NCBI RefSeq assembly: GCF_000315625.1
Contig: NW_005434612.1
Location: 391,038 to 455,037 of the forward strand
Reading direction: 5' to 3'
Length of the DNA: 64,000 nucleotides
From: Guillardia theta CCMP2712
Lineage: Eukaryota > Protista > Cryptophyta
The position numbers were made by a program, and so were the translations under genes. The notes beneath the pieces were generated by a model. That model was not told where the DNA came from. It saw only the letters and a list, made by a program, of their open reading frames with translations, and searched no databases. How positions within the stretch are numbered: the stretch's first letter is position 1; every line of letters starts with the position of its first letter. Of the stretch, positions 50,257-64,000 are shown one piece after another.

Positions 50257-50822
50257 ATGGCGAAGCTGCTATGGCTGATGACGATGGCGACGATGGCGAT
50301 GGGGATGAGAAGCGAAGGATGGGGAGACGGAAGAAGACACGTGGTGAGACGATGCAAGGAGAGAGGAGGAGAGGAGGAGACAAGAGAAGAAGCGATGAAC
50401 GATGGTATAGAAGTCTAGTCCAGGAAGGGGAGCAATCAGATATTGCACGAGAGGAGGACAAGCACAGACAGGGAGTCACCAAGGTCAAACTTAAAACCAT
50501 ATGTGATGGAGGATGATGAAAGATGTGGATGAGCGTGAAGAGAGGAGACGTGAAGCAAGGAGGTGAGATGGAGGTGGCATGGGAGTAGGATAGAGGGTAA
50601 GAGAAGAGGAGAGAGCCTTTCAGAGAACAGTCAAGGGGAATGAGTTAGGAGCGTCAAACGTAGGGAGGAAAAAGGGTTGAGAGGGGAGGAAGGAACTGAA
50701 AGGATTGCACTGAATCAAGTCCTAATTCAGACTCTTCAACCCTTTCCTTCACCCTTACGACTTCGCGGAGGCTTCTTTGGTTGGTGGAACCAGCAGCAGC
50801 AGCAGCAGCAGCAGGAAATGTT

Positions 50823-50866
<44 letters not shown>

Positions 50867-52363
50867 CCGAGGATAAGCCGCTGCACGTGCATGCTGTGGA
50901 GTACGGGCTGGCGGGGACGATGGACGGGATCCGGTCAGGCATTGGGCAGGGAGTAGGAAGTGAACTAGCTCGAGCTGTTACCTCAGCAATGCAGCATGGC
51001 GGACACGTGGGACAACTCGCCTTCATCCATGCGGTGTCCGCCTGGAGAGGCCGCCAGGTCCTTACCCCCTCCTTCTCCCTCCCTCTCCTTCTCCTCCTTT
51101 CCTTTTTCCTCCCTCCTCCTGCATCTTCTCTTCATCGCCTCTCGATCTGCATCCTCTTTGTCCGCCCTCCCTCTTGCAACTTCGTCCTCACGCAGCCTCC
51201 AGCGGCGTTCACAATGCCCAGCGGTGAGGAGCGGTGAGGAGCATGGCGATGCGGCTGCAGGAAGGCGATCCTTCGTCTGCTTCGTGACAGCGCCAAACGA
51301 GGAGGTGGCGACGAACCTCGCGCGCGAACTTGTCGCGTCAGGATGCGCCGCCTGTGTCAACCAAGTTGGAGGAGTCACGTCGACCTACGTGAGAGATGAT
51401 GAAAAGGAGGAGGGAGGGAGGGAGGGAGGGAGGAGGGGAGGGGAGGGGAGGGGAGGGGAGGGGAGGGGAGGGGGAGGGGAGGGGAGGGGAGGGGAGGGGA
51501 GGGAGGGGAGGGGAGGGNNNNNNNNNNNNNNNNNNNNNNNNNNNNNNNNNNNNNNNNNNNNNNNNNNNNNNNNNNNNNNNNNNNNNNNNNNNNNNNNNNN
51601 NNNNNNNNNNNNNNNNNNNNNNNNNNNNNNNNNNNNNNNNNNNNNNNNNNNNNNNNNNNNNNNNNNNNNNNNNNNNNNNNNNNNNNNNNNNNNNNNNNGG
51701 AAATGTGAGGGGCAGAGAAGACAAAATGAGCAGGAAAACAAAACAACGAAGAGACAGGGAAATGGGAGATCGAAGCGGTACGAAGGTCGAAGGTCAAAGA
51801 ATAGTCACCTCGATGATCCCCGCTATCTATTTTGTCTATTTTTTCTCTTGCTGATTTCTGTTGTTGAGACGCTACGGAGGCGAATCCTATCACCTCGCCG
51901 TTGACAGTAAAGAACATGACATCCATTTCAAACACCTAAAATTATGGTCATTCTCAACATAGGGAGGGAGGGAGGGAGGGAGGGAGGGAGGAGTGGCAGG
52001 GTTGACGGCATCGAAGATGTGGGAAGGAAAAATCCAGACGGATTCAGAGGTTCTTCTAATCATCAAGACAGTCGAGGAGAGAATCGCTGACATTCAGGTG
52101 CTCGACTGGAGGAGAAGAGGGAGGAGGAGAAAGAAGCTGATGTGTTGGTTGGGGTCAGGAGAAGATCAAGGAGACTCATCCTCATTCAGTGCCAGAGTTC
52201 ATCGCCATGGACATCAGTGCAGGTCGGGTAAAGGAGGGAGCAAGGGATGACAGTGAGGGGAGGGCAGGGGAGGGGAGAGAGGGAGAGGAGGGGTGAGGCT
52301 CACTGATCTCCAGGGCTTCCGGAGTACATGCAGTGGCTGCAGCACACGTGCAAGGTAAAGTGA
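50257..52363 (+). CDS. cutA: CutA divalent-cation tolerance protein with N-terminal signal peptide, LRLRGG motif and polyQ extension
   Basis: MAKLLWLMTMATMAMG...RRHV|TLQPFPSPLRLRGGFFGWWNQQ...; FVTAPNEEVATNLARELVASGCAACVNQVGGVTSTY|MWEGKIQTDSEVLLIIKT...HPHSVPEFIA...GLPEYMQWL. Confidence 0.85.
51518..51698. other. Assembly gap within a CutA intron
   Basis: Run of N after a (GGGGA)n tract. Confidence 1.
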
Positions 52364-52470
52364 CCAGAAGAAGAACATGATGAGCTGCTGGTGAAGATAA
52401 ACAAATAAAAGTTGTCGTCTTGCTCCTCGTCACTTGTCTTCTTCGTCATCGTTGTCTTCATCTATCGTCT

Positions 52471-55514
<3,044 letters not shown>

Positions 55515-55772
55515 CGCGAACGTTCGGGGGTGGCGGGAGGCCAGGGAGGGGGTGGGGGTTGAGAGAAGAAGCTGACGCACGAGGAGGCAGGGGAGAGAGG
55601 AGGAGGAGGAGGAGGAGGAGGGAGAGGAGGGTAGCAGACGAGAGAGAGGGAACAGGCGAGCGAGGACGAGGACACAGCTTCATTCAATCTTGTGCTACAT
55701 GTGCTAACATGCCATCTCGGTTCTCCTTTCTCCCTCTACAGCCATCCGCAGCTTGACCTTTGAATCTCCTAC

Positions 55773-56801
55773 TCACTGGGCAGTGAACATAGGGGCTCCA
55801 GCCGCATCTCCGGCTCCCCACTCAGCTCCACCAGCCTGCGCTCCCCACTCGTGCGCACCAGCACCAGCCCACTCGCCAGCTCCCTGCAGAGTCGCGTCGT
55901 AGCCCGTAGCATTGAATTCAGCAGGAGGAGCCTCGATGGCCTCCTTCTCGTTCTCCGCCTCCTTCTCCGCCTCCTCGGGGTCGCGGTAGAAGAACATGTC
56001 CACCATGATGTCCCACGGCGAGTTGCGCTGGATCACGTTGCGGAGGCGAAGGACCTCACGGGCGAGGAGCCAGTAGAGGAGGCCGATGGACTGCAGCAAA
56101 GTCAGCGCAGGGGAGGGCAGGGGAAGATCTTCACCTGCTTGCCCTTGTTGTTGGCAGGAACGGCGACGTCGACGAAGCGGAGAGGAGAGTCGGTGTCGCA
56201 GAAGGCAACAGTGGGGATGTTGACGAAGGAGGACTCGTGGAGGGGCTGCGAGTCCGTGCGGGGGTCGGTGATGACGAGGAGGCGGGGCTCCTGGAACTGC
56301 TGCTGGATCTGGTTGGTGAAGGTACCGGGGGTGTAGCGACCAGCCATGTAGTTGGCGCCAGTGTACTGACCGAACTTGAGCACGGCACGCTGACCATAAG
56401 GACGAGCAGAGATTACGCAAACTGTCAACAAGTCAATGGCGATCTCCTCGACCTCAGCCTCTCCCCCCCGCCTCATCCCCTGTCATCGCTGCCCTCCCTT
56501 TGCTCGTCTCTTGCTCGTCTCTTCTTACCATCAGCGGGGTTCTCGATGGCGACAACAATGCGGGCAGCGAGCATGAGCTTCTCCCACGTCTTGGCCAAGT
56601 TGATGATGTAAAGACCGTCAGCGCGGCGCTTCCAGATGTACGGCATCATCTTGTTGTCCAAGTTCTTGGTTCCGAGATGAACGTGGGCGGCGAGCATCTT
56701 CGCCCAGTCATCGTCGGTGGCTCGAAGCGCGGGAGGGAGGCTGGTGTTAGACTGCACCATCCACATCAGCTACATGGGAGCGACTTTCCTGATGCTACCA
56801 T
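55773..56801 (-). CDS. RPSA: 40S ribosomal protein SA (uS2/p40)
   Basis: M|SNTSLP...[13 protein letters not shown]...[27 protein letters not shown]|[17 protein letters not shown]...[13 protein letters not shown]...[13 protein letters not shown]...PANNKGKQ|[17 protein letters not shown]...[10 protein letters not shown]. Confidence 0.98.
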
Positions 56802-57039
56802 GCATTCTGAACACACGACAATACACATGTAGAGAGAAAAAATATCTTCCTCAAAGAAAAAAACTCCAGGAACGTCCGCAAAAGGGAAGGATGTTCATGG
56901 AAGAAGATAATGCTGAGGAGCACAAGAAGGAATGTAGCCCTCATATAACAGACGGCGCAGAATATATGCAAGAACGCAGCAAAAGGCACAGTGGACCGCC
57001 TTTTGTGGAGGCTTTGAAGAAGGGAGAAATGAGAAAGTA

Positions 57040-57093
57040 CAGCAGCAGCAGCAGCAGCAGCATTATCATCATCATCATCATCATCATCATCAT

Positions 57094-57126
<33 letters not shown>

Positions 57127-57190
57127 TGTCGTCTTCATCATCCTCCTCCTCCACCTCCTCCACCTCCTCCACCTCCTCCACCTCCTCTCA
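57040..57190 (+). repeat. Compound microsatellite (AGC)n(ATC)n(CTCCTCCAC)n upstream of RPSA
   Basis: Directly visible. Confidence 0.9.
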
Positions 57191-57249
57191 CCATGGCTGC
57201 ACGCGATGGCGTGGGTGAGAACCGGAGCTGCGCGTGCGACTAAAAAAAA

Positions 57250-57650
57250 CAATTGGGGTCAACAGGATACCCACCCTTAGATCACCCATAACCCCTTCAT
57301 CATGTACAAATTGGACCCCACGATTTGTATGCAGCGCGTGGCCATCAACCTTTGGGACCCCCATTTTTACCCAACAAACCAGAGGGATGGGTCAACAGAA
57401 TTTGCCCACGTCCCCACATAGACCACTGCTGGCCCCACAGGACCAACTCGAACATAGTTCAGTTCCCCGGCCGTTTTCCCCAGCAGCGGCCCCGAGCCGG
57501 GCCGGACTCACCCGGTGACCGTCTGGGCCGCAGGGTCCGACTGGAGGGTTCGGATAGTCTAGTCATGACTCAGTCGGTCAGTTCACGTTGACTCATGTAT
57601 TCGACCTTGATGACAAGTATCGTAGTATGACTCCGACTTAGTCTGATCTA
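57250..57650. promoter_or_regulatory. ACCCC/TACCC block (57250-57430) and GC-rich CCGG/TGACTC block (57460-57650) upstream of RPSA
   Basis: Mirror image of the layout found upstream of + strand genes. Confidence 0.45.
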
Positions 57651-57675
57651 AGTCACCTACAGTTCTTCCGAGACT

Positions 57676-60600
57676 TCACGTCCACTCGTTGCTTTCCTCT
57701 TGCTGGCCTCCTTCGACTTGAGCTGCGATCATCTCGTGGTGGAGGTCGATCACCATCACGCAGATGTTGTCGTAGGACCCCAACCTGTACGCCTCTCTCA
57801 CCAGCTCTTCGGCGCCATGATCCTTCTCTTCCCACTTCTTCCACACGAATTCGACGGCCTCTTGCGAGCTCATCACGTCCCAGAGCCCGTCGGTAGCCAG
57901 CAGGACGAACCGCTGGGCCTGAGGCTCGCGGGGCTTCACGTGGATCTCGGGCTCGGCGATGACGAACTGCTTCAGCTCAGCGTCGCCGATGGCGCGAGAG
58001 ACCGCGAGGTAGCCCATGACGCGAGGGACCCCCAGCTCGACCACAAAGCCTCCAGCAGCCTCAATGCGCGCCTGCTCGTCTGGACGTCCAGGTTTGTGAT
58101 CCTCTGTCAGGTCGATAGCTCTCACCTCCCCTCCCATCTCCTCCCCTTCCTCCTCCGCCTTCACCGCCAGCACAGCTCGAGAGTCGCCCGCATTCGCAGC
58201 AATGATGAAGGAGGGAGAGACAGCGACAGTGACGACACAGCAGCCATCGCGGACGCCGAGGGAAATGAAGTCTTGATCGGTCTTGACGTACGCCTGCAGC
58301 AACAGCTTCACTCCCCTCTCACTCTCTCACTCCAAACTCACCTGCTGGATGGCAGACTGAACTTCAGCGAGAGACGTCTCCTCCTCCAGCGACGATGCGA
58401 TATTATGCAGGAGCATCTCCCGCACGTAGAGGCTCCCGCGATAACCGTTGTGCCCGTCGAACACTCCGAAGAGAGACAGGTCTCGCTTCTTGATCCTCTT
58501 CCCTTCCTTGCCTTGCCCTCCTCCCTGCCCCTCCTCCCCCTCCTTCTCTTTCGCCTCCTCTTGCTCGCCGCATCGCACAAGAGCTGCAAAATTGTCTTCC
58601 ATGTAGTTGGGCAGCCCCTGCATCATGCAGGCATGCATGGGTCCGTCTTCCTCTCGATGAGTTGTCAGGTGAATCTCGTTGAACGCATCGTCTTGTTGAA
58701 GCCCTCCAACTTTGGGTGTCTCCTTCTGCGGATCGAGATAGTCGTCTGCCATGAGACTCTCTTGCTCTCCTTCCCCCGACTCCACCTCCTCCTCCTCCTG
58801 CTCTCAAGTTTCGTCACTGCTGGTCGAGCTAGCAGTCAATCCTCACCTCGGCCGAGCTTTGGGTGTTTGAGGCGGCAGGGATGACCTTGAGGACTCTCCT
58901 TCCTGCTCAGCTGTCACGGACCAACAGAGGCAGCAGCTTCAAGGCAGCACGAGGAGCACGAGGAAGATCATCAAGGTAGGGAGGAGGTGCCAAGGGCAGC
59001 AGATTCAACGGGCAGTGTCAAGGTGAAAGAGGGCATCACCGTATCGCTTTTGATTCAGCGCGCGTATAGCCTTGAGACTATCGTGGGGGTCGACGAAACG
59101 GACGAAGCCGTAGCCTTTGAAGGTAGGGGGACTCTTGGAGTGATCGAAGATCAAGCGCGCTTCCTTCACCTCCCCGTACTTTGAGAATAACATCTTGAGA
59201 TCTTCCTGCGCGCGGCAGTCAAACAATTCAATCCAAGTTCCCTGCCCCGTTACCAGTCTCTGAAAGCGCTTGTCGAGCCCTGTGACGAAGATCTCTTCGC
59301 ACATCAGCTCTGCCTCCGTCATGTTCGCGAGTGGATCCACTGTGGCAGACTTGAGCTTCTTCCTCCCGCTTGCTACAAGCTCTTCGTCTTCCTCCTGGTT
59401 TGTTTTCTCTCGCTTGTTGGCACTGGAGCTGTTGGAATCCTGAGAGCTTCTCATCCGTAGCTCGTCTTGAGAGTGAGCGAACAGGCAGTGCTCCATGTAT
59501 TTACATCTCCCCAGCTTCAGGTAGTTGGCGCACAACTCAGTCTTGTAGTTCCACCGCCTCTTCTTTCCCTGCCCTCCCTCCTCCTCTTGGTTCTTCGAGT
59601 TCTCCGCGTTTTGTCTTTGAAGGTCAACGGCAAGTCCAAAAAGCTCTGAGTTTGGATTGAGGCCCTAGGGAGACATGAGCTACCGACGGAAACAAAAGGA
59701 GGCACATGGGAGGAGAGTGGAAGAGACGGAAGTGCCAAGGAGAGGAGGGAGGAAAGCGGGTAGAGGCCGACATCGGAGAGGTTACCTCTTGTTGATTCTG
59801 AGGGACGTTGAGCTTCTTGTGTTGCTGCAGTGCGTTGATGAGAGCCTGCCAAGATTTAGATGGGTGAAGAGCACAACAAGGAAAACAACTTGCAGCATCT
59901 CGGGATCTTTCAGGATGGCACTCAAGTTTTCTGCCGAGCCACCAGCCTCTGGCGTTGGGCTCGCAGCACTGGTTTGCATCTCTTGCTTCTCCCTGAGTTT
60001 CTTCATCTCTACGTCCTGGTTGGCATGGGGCTGCATCTTCTCTATCGCCTCTTGCAGCATGAGGTAGCCCGAATTGTTCCGTTGCACCAGGGCAACTGAC
60101 GTCGCGACCCAGTTCTTCCTCACGAGGTTGTAAGCTGCATCGATCTTCACGATGTCTCCAACCCACAGCCCTTTGATCCCGCACGCATCTCGCAGCTCAT
60201 TCTTAATGTAGATACAATCGTCTGCAAATGAGAAGTTCTTTCCCGAGCTCGTGATGGTACAAGTGTACCCGATCTTGGGTGGCTGAAGTTGTTCAGGAAA
60301 GAATTGACTGACAGTCGACTTCTCGGCTTGTTGCGTCAAGGATGCGGTGACATCCTCCAAGGTCGATGAGTCTTTGACTGCGCAAGATGTCTCATTGTCC
60401 GGAGGGAGAGGCTGGCTCGTGGGGTCTGGAGAGTACTTTCCCTTGGAAACGCTCAATGCCCGCCAGTTGTTGCTTCCTTTCTTGTGCGGCTGGCAGATGA
60501 CTTGCAGCTCGAAGTTTCCCTGACCCTTGAGGATGTTCCACCACCGCTGAACCTCCAGCCATAAATCTTGCGAGAATGTTCGCCGCGAGATGAAGATATC

Positions 60601-62031
60601 GGCTTGTCCCGGAGCAGATTCTGAGATGCAGAAGTGTGCGTCCGGGGGATACGAGTCTGACGCCATCACCCTCGCGATCTTGCCCGAAAAGGTCGAGTTT
60701 TCTGGGCCGTTTTCTGCGGCAACTGGACCTGAACCTGTTCGGTCTGTCTGCGTCAAGATGGCTGCCAACTTCGAGGTGTCAAAAGGAGATCGAAGCTCAT
60801 CCCTCCCATGCGCAAACGAGCATATCCTCTCGAACTGACAGGTTCCTTTCTGCATGAACTCACGGCACAAGCGAGTCTTGTGGAGAAGCAAGTGCTTTGG
60901 GATTGTCAGAAGAGAATTGGACTTGTCGGCGTCCGTTTGGGCATTGCTATCTGCTTTTTCTGCAGGCACGGTACTCTCGGAGGTTCTTGCAGCTTCAATA
61001 TGGTTGGACTTCTGTTTCTCTTCCTGATGGTCTAAGTTTTGATTCCTCATCAAGCCCGGGGCTGGAGAACTTCTTGGAGGAGCAGCAGCGTGTTGATTGA
61101 AGGAGTCTTCTTCCATGGGTGAGTCATACCTCATGTTGCTGCGATGGTCCCAACGGTTATCTGCGGGTTCCTTGTGTAGACGAGGATGAAGAGGTCGTCT
61201 TGAAGGTGCTTCAGATCCATCGGCCGCGATCTTCTTGTCACTCATCCTTCCTGTAAGTCTTCGAGTCGCTGCTTCTTCTGGTCTCAGACTGTAAACGGGA
61301 GAATGCGGCCTCATCCTGTCTTTGGACACGACGACTTGTCCCGTCATGAGCATCGCCGACTCGAAGGAAATCGGTTCGCCCGATCGATACACCACTTGGC
61401 CATCTCTCGAGATGTAGTCTTTGTGATACAAGGATCTCCATCGATCTACTATTCGTTTGAGGTCCGCACTCCCCCCGAGATGGTTCAGGATAGACAAGCA
61501 CTTCTGAGCTACCTCACTCTTCAATGCAGCTAGGTTGTTCCTAGAACGATCTTCCGACTTGCTTTTCCTGATGGAGGAGGAGGATATTTCCTTTCTGGCA
61601 GCATCTCGATGGTATTCGTGTGCCTTTCCCAACTTCCTGGAGTAAGCCCGCGCTTCTGCTATAGACGCGCTTCGCTCGTCGTCATCGGAATTCCGAGCTC
61701 CACCCCTGAGCCGGCACAGGGACATTACTGCATACTCCACATGAGCGCAGGAGAGCTGTGTGCTGCCTCGAGAAGCTTCAAGCCCTTGAGGCTGCCGCGC
61801 GAGTTGTCTGTCTGGGGGAAACGGAAGAGAGGTGAGGATCTTACAACTAGCTGCAGTGATGGCTAAGTTTTCAAGGTGAGACGGACACTGATGGTTCTTC
61901 GATCCGGCCAAGGCAAGAGTGCACAGCAAGATCAAAACAAAGCTCGTCGAACTTCTATGGACTAGAAATGCTCGTGACCAACTTAGACCTTCACTCCTTG
62001 TCATGCCCCTCAGCGACATCAGCTTCACCAT
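57676..62031 (-). CDS. Signal peptide-RLRGG-LOTUS-like-CCCH-2x S1/OB-CCCH-RRM-PP2C fusion protein (~1300 aa)
   Basis: Exons 62031-59890, 59845-59786, 59664-59040 (plus a probable 48-nt in-frame intron), 58902-58847, 58797-58342 and 58293-57676 join in frame at GT-AG sites. Motifs: HKTRLCREFMQKGTCQFERICSFAH, YKTELCANYLKLGRCKYMEHCLFAH, RNP1 KGYGFVRF; PP2C MED, VFDGHNG, ANAGDSR, DHKP, LAVSRAIGD, ATDGLWD, GSYDNI. Confidence 0.8.
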
Positions 62032-62528
62032 CCACTTTCAAACGGATCGAGGATTGTTTCGCCGATGTACAGACACCAGCAGGAGTTCAGCTGCGGAGAT
62101 GTTTGTCTCGCGAGCTCATTTTGACGGCCTCCTGTCACTGACCACCCGCAACTCGCGGAGAGCACGAGGGTCGCATCACCTCTCGGCCATCCACCTGCTG
62201 CGCGTTCCAGCTGGTCGGCGTTCAGCTCATCATGCGGGTCTGCCGCATCCTTCGGCCATCATGTTCAGCTCGTCTGCCTCCTGCCTCCTCGATCTCCTCC
62301 TCCTCCGTTCGATCCTCCCCCTCCTCCAAGCTCTCTCCCCCTCGCCATGCCCGCGCCGCCGTTATCGTTGTAACAGGAGAAGGGACGGGCTCGACAGGGT
62401 GAGGGTACCCCTGGTGGGGGTCAATTTGTACCCAGAAAAGTGTTGAGTGAAAGAACATCGCTAGCTGGGATCGGGGGGTGGGGTCATGGGCTGTCGTCTG
62501 GTCCGCCTCAGACATCGGCACGTGAAGG

Positions 62529-64000
62529 ATGAGAATGGCAAGGAAGGCGAAGAACGCTCGGTCGAAGCGAGCGATGATGGCGCGAGAGGCGAAGGTGGTG
62601 GAGGAAGAGAGAAGCTCCCTCTTCATGCGCGGCACGAGCACCAACGAGCTGATCAACGAGATCCTCAAGGATCTGGTGACATGGTAATGATGTGCCTCTG
62701 CGAGCCACTGAAAGCCGTGTAGAACGCTCTCAAGCAGCCAAATTCAACCTTCTTCCGACGACGAAACGACAAGCGACCATTTGAGGATGAGACTTCGGTC
62801 TATTTGTTGCATCGCTGTTGCACAAAAGCCTCACACCGGCTTGTCAGGTTGAGTTTCTCTGCATGAAAAACGAAGCTTCAATTTTTGGCTTCGGAACACA
62901 TAGCAAGAAGCGGCCCAACAATTTGATTCTTGGCAGAATGTTTGACTACAAGGTAAGAGCATGAAGATGTTCTGTCCAACTTCTGCTTACATTAACTTTT
63001 AGATCTATGACATGTATGAGTTTGGCTTAACCGAAGTGAAACCCGCCTGCTTGTTTTCAGCCAACTCTGCGCCGTATGTTTGCCGATGAGACTGACGGCC
63101 AGCACGACATGGTAGAGACTGACGTCACTGGTGCAGGAGCTACCAGAACAAGCCTCTCATTGTCTTCCAGGGTGATGCGTTCGAGACAGACACAAAGGTA
63201 GGGCTGTTGCCCTTCGCAGCCTGTCTGACTTGAGTTGGCAGCTTGAGGGCCTCAAGAACTTTTTCCTCGACATGTTTGCGCACAAGGCGATGGACAAAAT
63301 CAACTTGGGGGGACTGGAGCATGTGATTGTTCTGACAGCCGAGGTTAGCCCTGCCATCCCTTGCTGTGTCGACACTCACTGCAGCTGCAGGGATCCAAGG
63401 TGGCATTCCGGCACTACAGCATTTCGTTCAAGAAGTCAGGCGGACGAGTGCCGAGAGTGGAGTTGGAGGAGCTCGGTAAGCCGCGAGCTACTCGGCTTTT
63501 CGTGACGTGGCTCTAAGGGCCTAGCTTCAACATGGAGCTGCGAAGGGAACGAGAAGCTTCAGCTGATATCAAGAGGGTAGACCTTCTGCCTCTGCGCGTT
63601 GCAACCTCACCGGGGGGACAGGCTGCTTGCAGGGTACCTAAGCAAGTGAAAGCTCAATCCAAGCTCAAGAAGAACTATGAACGTGAGAACTTGCCTCCTC
63701 TTTCTTCCCAGACTGATGGATGAGGCAGGGAACGCGCTCGGGGAGACGATGGGTCGAATTCACATGCAGAAGCAAAGCTTGGACGAATTTCAGGTGCCTT
63801 GAGCAGAAGCGCCGGAGGTTTCGATCTGACAAGCTGCCTCCACAGACTCGAAAGGTTAAGGCGCTCAAGAGAGGCCGAGATAAAGTTGTAAGTGGCAAAT
63901 CAAACCTTGTGGAAACTTGTCCCACTCAATAATGCTGGCAGGTTGAGGCTGAGAGAGCAAAAGAAGAGGCAAAGCGAGCAAAGCGAATGGACGATAGTGA
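62529..64000 (+). CDS. RPF2: Ribosome production factor 2 (Brix domain), multi-exon, runs to the window end
   Basis: Hand translation, largely missed by the ORF track: KAKNARSKRAMMAREAKVVEEERSSLFMRG...ILKDL|NALKQP...RPFEDETS|VEFLCMKNEASIFGFGTHSKKRPNNLILGRMFDYK|IYDMYEFG...KPLIVFQGDAFE...PRVELEELG|PSFNM. Confidence 0.93.

Noticed and set aside
50700-50780. Ubiquitin or ubiquitin-fusion gene
   Set aside because: Only the last six residues match; no ubiquitin fold is encoded upstream.
57700-58884. 394-aa plus-strand ORF
   Set aside because: Antisense to the PP2C exons.
62222-62722. ORF-track proteins at 62222-62668 (-) and 62486-62722 (+)
   Set aside because: The real coding frame is RPF2 starting at 62529, in a different frame.

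Overview
Gene-dense, intron-rich eukaryotic nuclear DNA, most likely from a cryptophyte alga (Guillardia/Hanusia-like). This is inferred from short introns with CTGAC/CTRAC branch points, microsatellite-filled introns, and signal-peptide + Phe bipartite plastid presequences. I support about 20 protein-coding genes, most spliced by hand because the ORF track fragments them: DNA-PKcs (5' part), a divergent cyclin, three adjacent PDZ-domain genes, an SK-type channel, a PQQ-like beta-propeller membrane protein, an RCC1-repeat protein, an Atg22-type MFS transporter, a plastid glyoxalase, an FkbM-like/GT23-like glycosyltransferase, a DUF1764-like protein, CTC1 (possibly fused to a CCCH finger), a Deg1-type protease, an ABCG half transporter, CutA, a PIG3-type quinone reductase, RPSA and RPF2. 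The best novelty candidates are: (1) one spliced ~1300-aa protein joining a signal peptide, a ubiquitin-tail-like RLRGG motif, several RNA-binding modules (LOTUS-like, 2x CCCH, 2x S1/OB, RRM) and an intact PP2C phosphatase; (2) the signal peptide + (L)RLRGG leader recurring on the unrelated CutA; (3) a PDZ protein with ~14 S[FY]DP[DE] motifs; (4) an SK channel with xEGK in place of GYGD; (5) a recurring two-block promoter architecture (GGGGTA/TACCCC cluster plus CCGG/GAAGTT/TGACTC GC block). No rRNA, tRNA, CRISPR array or recognisable transposon was seen. All family assignments come from remembered motifs, not database searches, and exon joins are predictions.
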